Assembly: GCA_964503955.1 (NCBI GenBank)
Contig: CAZDCG010000001.1
Coordinates: forward strand, 173,804 to 237,803
DNA length: 64,000 nt
Direction: 5' to 3'
Origin: an uncultured Gammaproteobacteria bacterium
GTDB taxonomy: Bacteria; Patescibacteriota; Patescibacteriia; VMEV01; CAYQCH01
Numbering within the stretch: the stretch's first letter is position 1; every line of letters begins with the position of its first letter. The notes under the pieces were generated by a model. That model searched no databases and was not told the DNA's origin. It worked only from the letters and a program-made list of their open reading frames with translations. Below are positions 9,191-18,771 of this stretch, piece after piece. Both the position numbers and the translations under genes were made by a program.

Positions 9191-10636
9191 CTAGGCGGCC
9201 TGGCCCTTCTTCTTCTTACCGGACTTGGAGCTCTTCTCCTCGTCCTTGCTCTTCTTCCCCTTCTTCTTGCCACCCTTCTTGGCCGGCGACTCGGAGCTCT
9301 GCTTGAGACGAACCTCCTTGCGCTGCTCCTCGAGGAACTTGTCCCAGTTGAACGAAGGGAAGTCGTTCTTCATCTGGTTGAGCAGGCGGCTCACCTTGTC
9401 CGAGTCACCCAGCTGGAGGGCCGCCCGGAGGCGATCCTTGCTCTTCTCGACGCGCGGGTCGTTCTGGGGCTTCATGCCCTCCTTGACCGGCGCGGCCTTA
9501 TTGACGGGCTGGTTGTCCTTGCCCTTGGGCATGGACTTGGCGGTCGCCAGCTTCCGGATCGCACCGAAGACCTGCGTGGCCTTGGGGTGGGTCCAGACCG
9601 GCAGCGCGTTGCGGAGGCTGGGCTCCTTGCGGGCCAGCGACTCGATGCCGGCGTAGACCTGCTGCATGAGCTCGACACACTCGATGTTGCTCGCGAAGGC
9701 CTCCTCCAGGGTCCCCCGGATATTGGCCCACGACCCCACGATGTGTTCACCCACGATCTCGCAGGCATCGATCAGCTTCGCGCGCTGCCCCACCTTGCGG
9801 TTCGGGTCCATCTTGCGCCGCAGGTTGGCCAGCGTCGTGTCCACGCGCATGGCCAGGTGCTCGCTGTTCAGCGGCTCGCGGTCCTCGTTGGCCGCGTCCC
9901 AGCCCTTGCGGTAGTGCTCGCTCTGCCGGTCCACGGACACGGAGTCCGAGAACCGGACCTGAGCGCCGAGGCACTCGATCCAGCCGAGCAGCCAGAGCCC
10001 TCGCTTGTTGCCCACGAAGAGCCGCTCGAGACGACCGTTGAGCGAGGCGTCCTTGAGGCACCCCTCGCGGTTCCCCGAGCCGCTGACGATGTGCTTGATG
10101 ATCAGCACGCTGATCACCCAGGCCTTGCGCTTGCAGTTGAGGTTCTCGCTGTCGAACACCTTCTTGGCGTTGTCGAGCGTGGTGTTGAGGTACCACGCCC
10201 TCTTGGCCTTGAGGGTCTCCAGGGTCTCCTTGGCCCTGAGGTGGATGACGCGCGAGGTCTCGCACGCCTGCGCCTCCTTGTGGACCGGCCCGCGCTCGTC
10301 CCCGTTGTTGAGGGGCGAGCACATGATCATCTGGTAGTAGGTCACGAGCGCCTTGTCCACGGCATCCTCGGAGAGGAACTTGCCCTCCCCGTCCATAAGC
10401 GGACGGACGACCTCGACCCAGGCGTCGACCACCTTGCTGATCTCCTCCTTGAAGGTCACCGCCGGCTTGGGCGCCTCCTTCTTGTTCTCCTCGACCTCGA
10501 CGGTGGCCACCGGCTCGAGGGCGGGCGGCACGGCGAGGATCTCCTCGACCGGCTCGTTCTGCACGAGGTGATCGAGCGCCTTGTTGATGGCGCGGCCGAT
10601 GGCGCGCTCGAAGCGGCTGCGGATGAGACCGATCAT
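9191..10636 (-). CDS. hypothetical protein with a highly basic polylysine C-terminal tail, encoded in the high-GC island
   Basis: The 481-aa ORF begins MIGLIRSRFERAIG, and GGAGG lies 4 nt upstream of the ATG. GC3 is near 95%, with AAG/GAG/CTC/ATC codons throughout. The C-terminus is KKGGKKKGKKSKDEEKSSKSGKKKKGQAA. I recognise no family. Confidence 0.6.
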   Translation of the reverse strand: MIGLIRSRFERAIGRAINKALDHLVQNEPVEEILAVPPALEPVATVEVEENKKEAPKPAVTFKEEISKVVDAWVEVVRPLMDGEGKFLSEDAVDKALVTYYQMIMCSPLNNGDERGPVHKEAQACETSRVIHLRAKETLETLKAKRAWYLNTTLDNAKKVFDSENLNCKRKAWVISVLIIKHIVSGSGNREGCLKDASLNGRLERLFVGNKRGLWLLGWIECLGAQVRFSDSVSVDRQSEHYRKGWDAANEDREPLNSEHLAMRVDTTLANLRRKMDPNRKVGQRAKLIDACEIVGEHIVGSWANIRGTLEEAFASNIECVELMQQVYAGIESLARKEPSLRNALPVWTHPKATQVFGAIRKLATAKSMPKGKDNQPVNKAAPVKEGMKPQNDPRVEKSKDRLRAALQLGDSDKVSRLLNQMKNDFPSFNWDKFLEEQRKEVRLKQSSESPAKKGGKKKGKKSKDEEKSSKSGKKKKGQAA

Positions 10637-10848
10637 GAAACCTCCCCTGATGATGCCCGTTCGGGCGGTTGACGTGGGAACAAATCCCTTCTCTGTTTGG
10701 CAATGTATAAAAAGAATTTCTTCCCACGCCAACCTGATTTGTTTGTAAATGTGCGTTTTCCTCTCAGGTCACACCAGTCATGATGTAACCGATTGAGGAG
10801 AGGTGGCGCAGCTCATGGCCGCGCCACCCCCTCGTTGATCTTCCAGCC

Positions 10849-11412
10849 CTAGGCGCGCACCGCCTTGGACTGGTTGATCTTCTTGAGCATCTCGGCTGCC
10901 TTGGGGAGCCGTCCGTCGCGACTCTGGCGCTGAAGCGCGCGCCGGATCGCCTCCGCGCAGCCGCGGCAGATGATCCGCTCCTCGACCTGCGAGCGGCTGA
11001 AGCTCTCCCCCAGCTCATGGGCGTGGCGGACGAAGGCCTCGCTGAGCGAGACCTCGTTGCCGCACGGCCCGCTGTCGCGCCGCTTGCCGGTGCAGGCGTA
11101 GAGACGCTCACGCCTGCCCCCCGCGAGAACAGCGAAGGGCATGGCCTTGGTGAAGTCCTGCTCGGGCTTCTGCTCCTGAGCAGCGATGAGCTGCTTCTTG
11201 AGCACATCGAGCCCGTTGCGGCGCAGGGAGTAGGTGTCGAGGCTCTTCTTGCTCACCTCGACCGCCTCCTTCTGGACCAGAGCGAGCTTGCGTTCGGCGA
11301 CTCGGAGCAACCCGGACGCCTTCTTGAGGTCGCAAGACCTCAAGGCGCTCTCCACGCTCCTGAGCATCTGCTCATAGAGCCGCACGGAAGCCAAGAAATC
11401 ATCGAGATTCAT
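10849..11412 (-). CDS. hypothetical zinc-ribbon protein, first gene of the high-GC island
   Basis: The 187-aa ORF begins MNLDDFLASVRLYEQ, and GAGGG lies 6 nt upstream. Two CxxC-like pairs are present (YACTGKRRDSGPCGNE and ICRGCAEA). Codon bias matches the 9191-10636 gene. Confidence 0.55.
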   Translation of the reverse strand: MNLDDFLASVRLYEQMLRSVESALRSCDLKKASGLLRVAERKLALVQKEAVEVSKKSLDTYSLRRNGLDVLKKQLIAAQEQKPEQDFTKAMPFAVLAGGRRERLYACTGKRRDSGPCGNEVSLSEAFVRHAHELGESFSRSQVEERIICRGCAEAIRRALQRQSRDGRLPKAAEMLKKINQSKAVRA

Positions 11413-11597
11413 AATCGACCCTCCCAGGTCCTGGAACTTTTGGTAGTAAAAGAGCAACTCAATAAAATAGCAGAAATACCGAATTTTGTCAAGAACTCAA
11501 ACAAAAAAGCCACATTTTCAGGGACTTTTTCGTCTTTGAGATTTTTCCCATCTAGCTAATCGAGCAAGACTTGCTAACCTCACAACAACTCTCTTCC

Positions 11598-14500
11598 TCA
11601 GACAAGCTCATTCTCCCCCCATTTCAGATAGAGCATCGGAACAACCGCCAAGGTAAGAACGGTCGCAAAGGTCAGACCAAAAATCATGGACGCGCCAAGT
11701 CCGCGCCAGATCGGGTCGGAAATAGCCAGCGGCGCAATACCCGCTACGGTCGTAACCGTCGTTAAGAGAACCGGCTGCAGGCGTGATCTGCCGGCATGAA
11801 CAATGGCTTCGAATTTCTCCATCCCCTCTTTACGGTTTCGATTGATTTTATCAATGAGAATAATCGCGTCATTTACCACGACTCCGGATAAAGCGACAAT
11901 TCCAATAAAGGCCGGGAAACTCAGTGCCTGCCCCGTCAGCAAGAGACCGAAGAAGACACCGATAAGCGCCATCGGCAGACTCAGCAAGATGAAGAACGGC
12001 TGGCGATACGAGTTGAACTGCAGCAGCAAAATCGCGGCAATCAGGAAAATACCGATCAGCAATGCTCTGAAGAGGTCGCGGAATGATTCTGCCACGTCTT
12101 CAGCTTCGCCGCCCATCTTTATGGTATAACCGGGCATGAGATCAAGCTCAGACTGTCGCTTGGCAAATTGCGCGAATACTTCGCCGGCGGTTGTGCCGCT
12201 TACCTGCGCGCTGGCTTTTGCCACGCGTTCTCCGTCTTCATGCGGGATGGAACTTCTTGCAGGCGCGAGCTGCACGTCAACGAAGGACGCGAGTTTCACC
12301 GCCTGCCCGCCGATTGCCACCTCCATCTGCTCAAGCTCATTGATGGTCGTGGAAATGCGTTCGTCAACATCGGCGGCCGAAGGGTTCAATGCCTGGGTAA
12401 CAATCACGTCCAGGTCATCGCCTTCGAAGCGGAACTCAGCCGCTTCGGTTCCTGTCACAGCCGTACGCAATACCTGTCCGATCTGGGCAGGCGTCAGACC
12501 GTATGAGAGCGCCTGATCGCGGTTGACAGTCAGCACGAATTCAAATGAAGCGTCGCGCAGAGATGTAGACACTTCAGCCGTTCCAGGAATTTCTTGCAGC
12601 ATCGTTTCCGATTGCAGAGCAAGACGCTCAAGCTCGGCCAGATCAGGTCCCGCAAAGGTGATGGAAACCGGCGCGCCGGACGGAGGACCGGATGCCAGCT
12701 GGGTAACGGAAATATCCGCCCCGCTGATGAAAGACAAGCGGTCGCGGTATTCGTTTACGATTTCAGGCGTTGCCTGCTCGCGATCTTCTTTGAGGTTGAC
12801 CGTAAAACTTGCAAGATGCGTGCCGCTTCCTCCCCCGTCTTCTGAAAACGCATTGCCAGCCCCAACATTGACATAGAACGATTCAATGCGTTCATCCGTG
12901 TAAAGCTCCTCTTCAACCTGGCGGACAATACGATCGGTAGCCGTAAGCGAAGTGCCAAGCGGAGTTTCGATGTCGACATAGAAGAAGTCGGCATCCGCTT
13001 CAGGAAACATAATCACCTTGAGCATGCCGGTCATGGGAAGCGCAAGCGCAAGGATAAAGCCGATCACGACTGAACGGCCGAAACGTTTGCGGCGCTTTGG
13101 ATCTGAAAGCAGCGTTCTCAGTTTGGATTCATACCAGACATGCAGCCGCTCCATAGCCGGATCCATGTAGTGCTTCTTCAGAAGCTCCGCCCTGCTCACC
13201 TTCCCATGCTTGAGAAAGCGTGTGGCAAGCAAAGGCATAATCCCCAGAGCCGTAAATAATGATCCGAATAGCACGAGGTTAACGGTAATCGGAATATGTT
13301 TGACAAATTCCCCCATGATGCCGCTCATAAAGAGCATAGGCACAAAGGCGGCTACGGTCGTTAATGTCCCTGAAATCAACGGCATTTCAAATTCATTGAG
13401 CGTGCGCTTAGCCGCTTCCATGGGAGTCATGCCAAGCTTGAGATTTTCATGCATCCCTTCGGTAATAACAATACCGTTATCCACCACGATGCCAAGCGCC
13501 AGAATCAGGGAAAACAGCGAAAGGAAATTAATGCTTGAACCGAAATACTCAAGGCCGATAAATCCGATCAGAAAAGTAAATGGAACACTCAAGCCGGCAA
13601 GCAGCCCTTCTTTCAACCCAAGAAACAGGAAGAGCAATGCGCCGATCAGCACAATGGTTGAAAGCCCGTTGCTTGTCAGATCGCTCAGCGATTTTTGTAC
13701 TTCCTCAGCCGCGTCAAAGGTGATAATGGAAGAAGCTTCCGGGTAGGAATTGGTTTTCAGATCTTCAATAACCTGCTTGGCCTGATCCGCGATTTTGGTA
13801 ATGTCTCCACCGGTTTTCTTTTTCACGGCAAGCGAGATCGCATTGCTTGATGGTTCGCCGTTTACGCTCACGCGCGAAAATGTGCTTGAAGGAGACAAAC
13901 CAAGCGAAACGTCCGCCACATCGCGGAGGTAAACCGTGGCGCCATTCAGCTGCTTGATCGGAATCTGCGCGAACTCATCAGGCTGCTTTATTTCCGCATC
14001 CAGACGCACGGTATAACGGATATCGTCCGATCGGATCGCGCCGATCGGAAAGGTCAAATGCGTTGAACGCAGGGCGGACACAAGCTCATTGAGCGAGACT
14101 TGATACTGGTCAAGCCTGCTTTTATCCACGTTAATAAGCACTTCCTGCCCGCGCACGCCGGCAATGGTTACTTCTGAAACATTGGGAATCGCTTCAAGCG
14201 CGTCCTGCGCTTCTTCAGACATTTTCTTCAATGCGAATTCAGAGAGATCCGCGGAAAGCGCGAAAACGATAATCGGCTGGTCTGAAAAACTGACTTCCTG
14301 CACAATGGGATCTTGGGCATCCGCGGGCAAGCGGCTTTCCGCGGTGGCAACCACGTCGCGCAAGGCGCGGATCCGGTCATCAATGTCTGCTTTGGCGTTA
14401 AAGGTCACGACTATCGACGAGATTCCTTCGCTTGATGTGGACGTAAATGTGTCCATTTCCTCAAGACCATCGATCGCGTCTTCAAGCTCATCGGTCACAA

Positions 14501-14687
14501 GGCGCTCCACGTCCAATGCGCTCGCTCCCGGGTAAACCGTCGTAACCACGCCAATCGGAATTTTCACTTCCGGATTCGCTTCGCGCGGCAGCGTGAACAT
14601 GGCAAAGAATCCAGCCAAAGTGATCGCAGCAATAATCAAATACGTGAAACGGAATCGTTCCAGAAGAAAATGCCAAACACGAATCAT
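11598..14687 (-). CDS. RND efflux transporter permease subunit (AcrB/HAE1 family)
   Basis: The product is about 1030 aa with 12 transmembrane helices and large periplasmic loops. It begins MIRVWHFLLERFRFTYLIIAAITLAGFF... and has duplicated halves typical of AcrB. Confidence 0.9.
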   Translation of the reverse strand: MIRVWHFLLERFRFTYLIIAAITLAGFFAMFTLPREANPEVKIPIGVVTTVYPGASALDVERLVTDELEDAIDGLEEMDTFTSTSSEGISSIVVTFNAKADIDDRIRALRDVVATAESRLPADAQDPIVQEVSFSDQPIIVFALSADLSEFALKKMSEEAQDALEAIPNVSEVTIAGVRGQEVLINVDKSRLDQYQVSLNELVSALRSTHLTFPIGAIRSDDIRYTVRLDAEIKQPDEFAQIPIKQLNGATVYLRDVADVSLGLSPSSTFSRVSVNGEPSSNAISLAVKKKTGGDITKIADQAKQVIEDLKTNSYPEASSIITFDAAEEVQKSLSDLTSNGLSTIVLIGALLFLFLGLKEGLLAGLSVPFTFLIGFIGLEYFGSSINFLSLFSLILALGIVVDNGIVITEGMHENLKLGMTPMEAAKRTLNEFEMPLISGTLTTVAAFVPMLFMSGIMGEFVKHIPITVNLVLFGSLFTALGIMPLLATRFLKHGKVSRAELLKKHYMDPAMERLHVWYESKLRTLLSDPKRRKRFGRSVVIGFILALALPMTGMLKVIMFPEADADFFYVDIETPLGTSLTATDRIVRQVEEELYTDERIESFYVNVGAGNAFSEDGGGSGTHLASFTVNLKEDREQATPEIVNEYRDRLSFISGADISVTQLASGPPSGAPVSITFAGPDLAELERLALQSETMLQEIPGTAEVSTSLRDASFEFVLTVNRDQALSYGLTPAQIGQVLRTAVTGTEAAEFRFEGDDLDVIVTQALNPSAADVDERISTTINELEQMEVAIGGQAVKLASFVDVQLAPARSSIPHEDGERVAKASAQVSGTTAGEVFAQFAKRQSELDLMPGYTIKMGGEAEDVAESFRDLFRALLIGIFLIAAILLLQFNSYRQPFFILLSLPMALIGVFFGLLLTGQALSFPAFIGIVALSGVVVNDAIILIDKINRNRKEGMEKFEAIVHAGRSRLQPVLLTTVTTVAGIAPLAISDPIWRGLGASMIFGLTFATVLTLAVVPMLYLKWGENELV

Positions 14688-14691
14688 ACGG

Positions 14692-16512
14692 TTATCTGAT
14701 CTCAACGGCCTGGCCGCCGCGCAAACCGCGCGCATCCTTAACAATAAGCGTTTCCTGCTCAAACGGAGTCATGACTTCAACGTAATTTCCGCTCACTTCT
14801 CCCACCTGTACTTCCTGTTCCACCAGCACGCCTTCCACAATGCGGTAGACCAGCGCGTTTTCCTCGCGCAGCTTGACCGCGGAAAGAGGAAGCAATGTGA
14901 CGCCACCTTCGGCGGCCTTCTTTGAGAGTTCAACAGAAACGGACTGCCCCAACGTCAACGGAGTTTCCTGTGACGCGATAGCGACCATGACTTTGATTTT
15001 CTTTGTCGTTGGTTCAAGTGCGGGGGAAATTTCAGAAACCGTGCCTTCAATCGCTTCGTCGATCAATGCCTTCCCGCCAACTTCAATGAATAAGCGTTCA
15101 CGTTCAGTCACAAAGGTTTCGACTTCCATCCCGCCCTGATTTGCCAGGGAAACTACGATGGTCGTACCGCCGACCACATCACCGATCTTTGCGTCCAAAA
15201 ACATGACGCGGCCGGCAATCGGAGCGCGCACAATGGCCTTATCGCGGTTTGCCGCAGCAAGCGCCAGCGAAGCGCGCGCCTGAGCGACAGATGCTTCCTG
15301 CAATCGGACATCTTCCGGACGCGCGCCGTTTTTCGCGATCAGCAGCTGCTGCTCCGCCTGGCGGACACGCGCTTCCTGAATGGCAATTTGTTCAGGCGTA
15401 GGTCCATTTTTGACAATCTGAAGCTGCTCTTTGGATTTCGCCAAAGCGGTTTGCGCCGATTCAAGCGCCTTTTCATTAGAAAGCTTTACGGACGCAATTG
15501 ACTGCTTTTGCGCGATCAACGCGTCCGTACTCGATTTCACGGTCGTGCGAGCGGCATGCACCGTGGCAATTGCCGTCGTAATATCTGAACTTGAAAAACT
15601 TGGAGTTGCGACAGCATCCTGCAAGGCAAGCAGAGTCGTGTCCAGGAATCGAAGGAAGTCATTGGTTATGGACAAAGCTTCATCAATAGCGCGCAGAGTC
15701 TCGTCTTCCGTGCCTGTTTGCGGCGCGGCCTGTCTCCACGCCGCTAATGCGGAACCGATGGTGCGGCGGGCCGCATTCACCTGATTTTCAAGAATGACGT
15801 CAGCCATGGCCGGCTTGAACGTGTCCTGATTGGCATCGTCAAAAATACTCAGCAAATTCTGTTCAAGCAGGCTATCAAGCGAAAATTGCGTGCTGAGAAT
15901 CAGCTGACCGGTATTTTCAAACTGATTAGAAAGATTGATCTGGTTCTGCTGAATGGTCTGGTCGAAGGTTGCCTGCGCGTTTTGCACGGTCAATTCCGCC
16001 TGAGCAAGATCTTCAGGGCGGGCACCCTTCTGCAGTTCAAGCAGCTGCTGTTTGGCCGATTCAAGATTCTGCTCCGCGATAATCACGTCTTCAGGGCGAG
16101 AACCGTTTTTCATTTTGGCAAGCGCGGCCAAAGCGCTCTGCACACCGGCGGAAGCCTGCGCCACAGCAGCGTCCAGATCACGGTGATTAAGCTCAACCAG
16201 AATCTGGCCGGGCTGAACGAGCTGGTTTAATGATACGCGCACGGCCGCAACCTGCCCTCCGATCTGAGGACGTAAATCAATCTGATCGTTTGCCTGGACC
16301 GTCCCGGTTACAGGAATCGTCCCTCCGTCGCTTGAAAGATCGGTGATCGCAAGCGCCTCAACGCGTTTGGCGGATGTTTGAGCACTGGTTTCTGTCTCGC
16401 CTTTGCGAGCCATTGCTGAACCCACAAACAAGAGAAGGATGACTGCCACAAGAAGCGCGATGATTCGTTTCTTTGAAAGCTTTGAGCGGATCTTTTCAAC
16501 GATGCTATTCAT
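14692..16512 (-). CDS. RND efflux periplasmic adaptor (membrane fusion protein)
   Basis: The 606-aa ORF has an N-terminal transmembrane anchor, very long coiled-coil hairpins and a C-terminal beta-barrel/MP domain (RAPIAGRVMFLDAKIGDVV...). It sits immediately upstream of the RND pump. Confidence 0.85.
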   Translation of the reverse strand: MNSIVEKIRSKLSKKRIIALLVAVILLLFVGSAMARKGETETSAQTSAKRVEALAITDLSSDGGTIPVTGTVQANDQIDLRPQIGGQVAAVRVSLNQLVQPGQILVELNHRDLDAAVAQASAGVQSALAALAKMKNGSRPEDVIIAEQNLESAKQQLLELQKGARPEDLAQAELTVQNAQATFDQTIQQNQINLSNQFENTGQLILSTQFSLDSLLEQNLLSIFDDANQDTFKPAMADVILENQVNAARRTIGSALAAWRQAAPQTGTEDETLRAIDEALSITNDFLRFLDTTLLALQDAVATPSFSSSDITTAIATVHAARTTVKSSTDALIAQKQSIASVKLSNEKALESAQTALAKSKEQLQIVKNGPTPEQIAIQEARVRQAEQQLLIAKNGARPEDVRLQEASVAQARASLALAAANRDKAIVRAPIAGRVMFLDAKIGDVVGGTTIVVSLANQGGMEVETFVTERERLFIEVGGKALIDEAIEGTVSEISPALEPTTKKIKVMVAIASQETPLTLGQSVSVELSKKAAEGGVTLLPLSAVKLREENALVYRIVEGVLVEQEVQVGEVSGNYVEVMTPFEQETLIVKDARGLRGGQAVEIR

Positions 16513-16519
16513 AGCGTAA

Positions 16520-16939
16520 TTACTGATTACTCAATTTGGTCAGAAGTTCAATGAATTGTTTTTGTTCTTTTTCGTTGAGAATCGACATGTACTGGGCAAG
16601 GCGCTTGCGCTCTTTCTGATGGTGGGATCGCCAATGGGCCTGTTTCTTCTCGCTGAGTTGAATATAAATCTTTCTTCGGTCATTTTCATCCGCTATTCGC
16701 GTCAGCCATCCTTGTTTTACAAGCCTGTTCACAAGACTCGTAGCCGAAGCAGGGGTAATGTGCAAGCTTTGAGCGATTTGAGCCATGGAAAGCGGACCAT
16801 GAACATACACGGTCTTTAAAAGGCGGATTTGCGCAATCGACAAAACCGATTCTTCATGAGAAAAGACGCAAACCCGCTTGCGGATCTGCTCTCCCACGGC
16901 CTCAATGAGTTCCATGAGATGGTCAATATGCGTAGACAT
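16520..16939 (-). CDS. MarR family transcriptional regulator
   Basis: The 139-aa ORF has a winged HTH (LSIAQIRLLKTVYVHGPLSMAQIAQSLHITPASATSLVNRLVKQGWLTRIADENDRRKIYIQLSEKK). Confidence 0.85.
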   Translation of the reverse strand: MSTHIDHLMELIEAVGEQIRKRVCVFSHEESVLSIAQIRLLKTVYVHGPLSMAQIAQSLHITPASATSLVNRLVKQGWLTRIADENDRRKIYIQLSEKKQAHWRSHHQKERKRLAQYMSILNEKEQKQFIELLTKLSNQ

Positions 16940-16947
16940 GCAATTTT

Positions 16948-16964
16948 AATTAGATCGTCTAATT
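16948..16964. promoter_or_regulatory. candidate MarR operator palindrome AATTAGA-N3-TCTAATT, 9 nt upstream of the marR start
   Basis: It is an inverted repeat with 7-bp arms, located in the 5' leader of the marR-adaptor-RND operon. Confidence 0.4.
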
Positions 16965-17079
16965 ATACGCATCTCTAAGAAAAAGTCAAGCGAAAAAAAA
17001 GAAAAGAATAAAAACGAGAAACCCGCCCTAAAACCTATGACGAGTTTTCAAAAGGAAAAAATCTGAAAAGCGCAAAAAC

Positions 17080-17115
17080 TGAAAAACCGTAACGGCATTT
17101 TCCTTAACGGTTTCG
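17080..17115 (-). terminator. Rho-independent terminator after the VIT gene
   Basis: The minus-strand hairpin has arms aaccgtta / taacggtt and is followed by TTTTT. Confidence 0.45.
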
Positions 17116-17174
17116 CCCCCTCGCCTGCAACTCGTTAACCCGTTAACACATGAACATCAAAAACAATATGCCCC

Positions 17175-18125
17175 CTAAACCTCAATCCCCCAAATGCCTT
17201 TGACGGCGCTGCCGATAAGATAGGTAACGCTTACCGCGGCAACCATGAGAAGAACATTGATACCAATCCGGCGGCGGATCCGCATACCGGAAAAGAATGC
17301 CAGGATATACGACACAACTGAAGTCACGATCATTCCCGCTACGATTGAATACCAAACACTTTGCGCGCCAAAAAGAATGGGGACAACAGGAACCGCTGCG
17401 CCGCAAAGATATGCCCCGCCCACAAGCAAAGCCGCAGAAAATGGAGAGGATTGCTCCTCCGCCGGGGCCGTCTCCCCAAGAAACTGTTTCTTCCCCTGTT
17501 CAAGGTTTTGTACTTCGCGCTCGGATTCCGTTGCAGCAAAGGCGCCAGCCGCCATGGAAAAAGCTCCGGCCACGGCAACCGTGGTACCAGCAATCAGAAT
17601 GGAAGGGATATGCGCGAATGCGGCAAAGAACCCGCCGATCGCGCCGGTAATTTCAACAAGGCCGTCATTAAAACCGAGAAAAAAGTTGCGAATCCGTTCC
17701 GGATGCACCTGTTGCTGAATCAGGCCGGACACAATCTGATCTTCATGTTCGAATTCTTCGCGCAGAATTTCATCAAGCGCCTGGCGCATTTCAGGATCAT
17801 CTTTATAGTGCTCCCAAATGCGCAAATATTTTTTGATACCGTACACTTCAATACCCTCAAGAATGAGATGGATCGCCCGAACACCAAAGAGTCGGCAGAA
17901 GAAGGACAAAACAGCAAGCTTGACACGCTTGCCCGCAGGGAGTTCATTGATCTGCAAATGAAAAAAATTCTGCCAGATCGCGACGTGCTTGGTTTCAACG
18001 GCAACAAGGTGCTCAAGCGTCTCCTTTGTCTGGCCTTTGGCATGGCGCAATAGGGTCTGATACAACGAGAGATCAAAGAGCTCGTCAATGATGAGAGAAC
18101 GTTTAAGATCCAGAGGATATTCCAT
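17175..18125 (-). CDS. VIT1/CCC1 family iron/manganese transporter with an N-terminal ferritin-like (erythrin) domain
   Basis: The 316-aa ORF has an N-terminal ExxH-containing helical region (ETKHVAIW...EEFEHED). Its C-terminus has 5 transmembrane helices (GFNDGLVEITGAIGGF...), typical of erythrin-VIT fusions. Confidence 0.8.
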   Translation of the reverse strand: MEYPLDLKRSLIIDELFDLSLYQTLLRHAKGQTKETLEHLVAVETKHVAIWQNFFHLQINELPAGKRVKLAVLSFFCRLFGVRAIHLILEGIEVYGIKKYLRIWEHYKDDPEMRQALDEILREEFEHEDQIVSGLIQQQVHPERIRNFFLGFNDGLVEITGAIGGFFAAFAHIPSILIAGTTVAVAGAFSMAAGAFAATESEREVQNLEQGKKQFLGETAPAEEQSSPFSAALLVGGAYLCGAAVPVVPILFGAQSVWYSIVAGMIVTSVVSYILAFFSGMRIRRRIGINVLLMVAAVSVTYLIGSAVKGIWGIEV

Positions 18126-18134
18126 AGATTGTGT

Positions 18135-18692
18135 TTAATGGCCTTTGACTGGCGGGAGGCAAACCATCGGCTCATTGATTTTTTTCGCGAGTGAATAAAT
18201 GGAAAGCAGGATAAGGGCATTCCCAATGAAGAGGAACTCCGCTCCCCTCAATGGCAGAAAAGCGAGAAAGGCACCGGCTGCCGTCACCCCAAGAAGCGAT
18301 GAAAGCAGAAAGGTACCGCATGCTCCGCAGCCGAGCCCAAACATCCCGATCAGCATGCCAAGCAGCCCGGCTCCCCCAGCTTTTTGAATGGCGGCCCGCT
18401 TTCTGATATGTTGCAGGAGCATGGACAGGTAAATAGAAAGCAGGAAAACACCAAGAATCACCAGCACCTGTTGCAATGGCGTATACCCGACGCGGAATAG
18501 AAACAGCGCATCAATAAACACCGACCATTTGGCTTCACGATTGAGAATCGGAGAAAGAAAAGCATTTTCAAGCGTGGCCAGGCTTGGAATAAGCGCCGCC
18601 ACGAAGAGCAAAACCACGGCCAGCACGCATGAAATCAAAAGATACCTTTTTTTCCCGTAGACTGTCCGCAAAGCTTTAAACATTTCCTTCAT
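18135..18692 (-). CDS. hypothetical integral membrane protein
   Basis: The 185-aa ORF has about 5 transmembrane helices. Its stop is 10 nt from the VIT start, so the two are probably co-transcribed. Confidence 0.5.
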   Translation of the reverse strand: MKEMFKALRTVYGKKRYLLISCVLAVVLLFVAALIPSLATLENAFLSPILNREAKWSVFIDALFLFRVGYTPLQQVLVILGVFLLSIYLSMLLQHIRKRAAIQKAGGAGLLGMLIGMFGLGCGACGTFLLSSLLGVTAAGAFLAFLPLRGAEFLFIGNALILLSIYSLAKKINEPMVCLPPVKGH

Positions 18693-18771
18693 AGCCTAAC
18701 AATGAAAAGAAGCAGAACCGCCGCTCTGCCCCTGCATCAGTATAACCTCGCTTCTCTTTGACCACAAGCAT

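Noticed and set aside
8984-10672. 562-aa plus-strand ORF, and the 326-aa ORF at 9747-10727 on the minus strand, inside the high-GC island
   Set aside because: They are Leu/Ala/Arg/Gly-rich with no start context. These are typical antisense and alternate-frame shadow ORFs of GC3-biased DNA. The 9191-10636 minus-frame has natural amino-acid composition, a GGAGG RBS and a terminator.
17245-18053. Several plus-strand ORFs (157, 117 and 230 aa) opposite the VIT gene
   Set aside because: They are antisense to a well-supported ferritin-like/VIT coding sequence, and are Arg/Pro-rich shadow frames.
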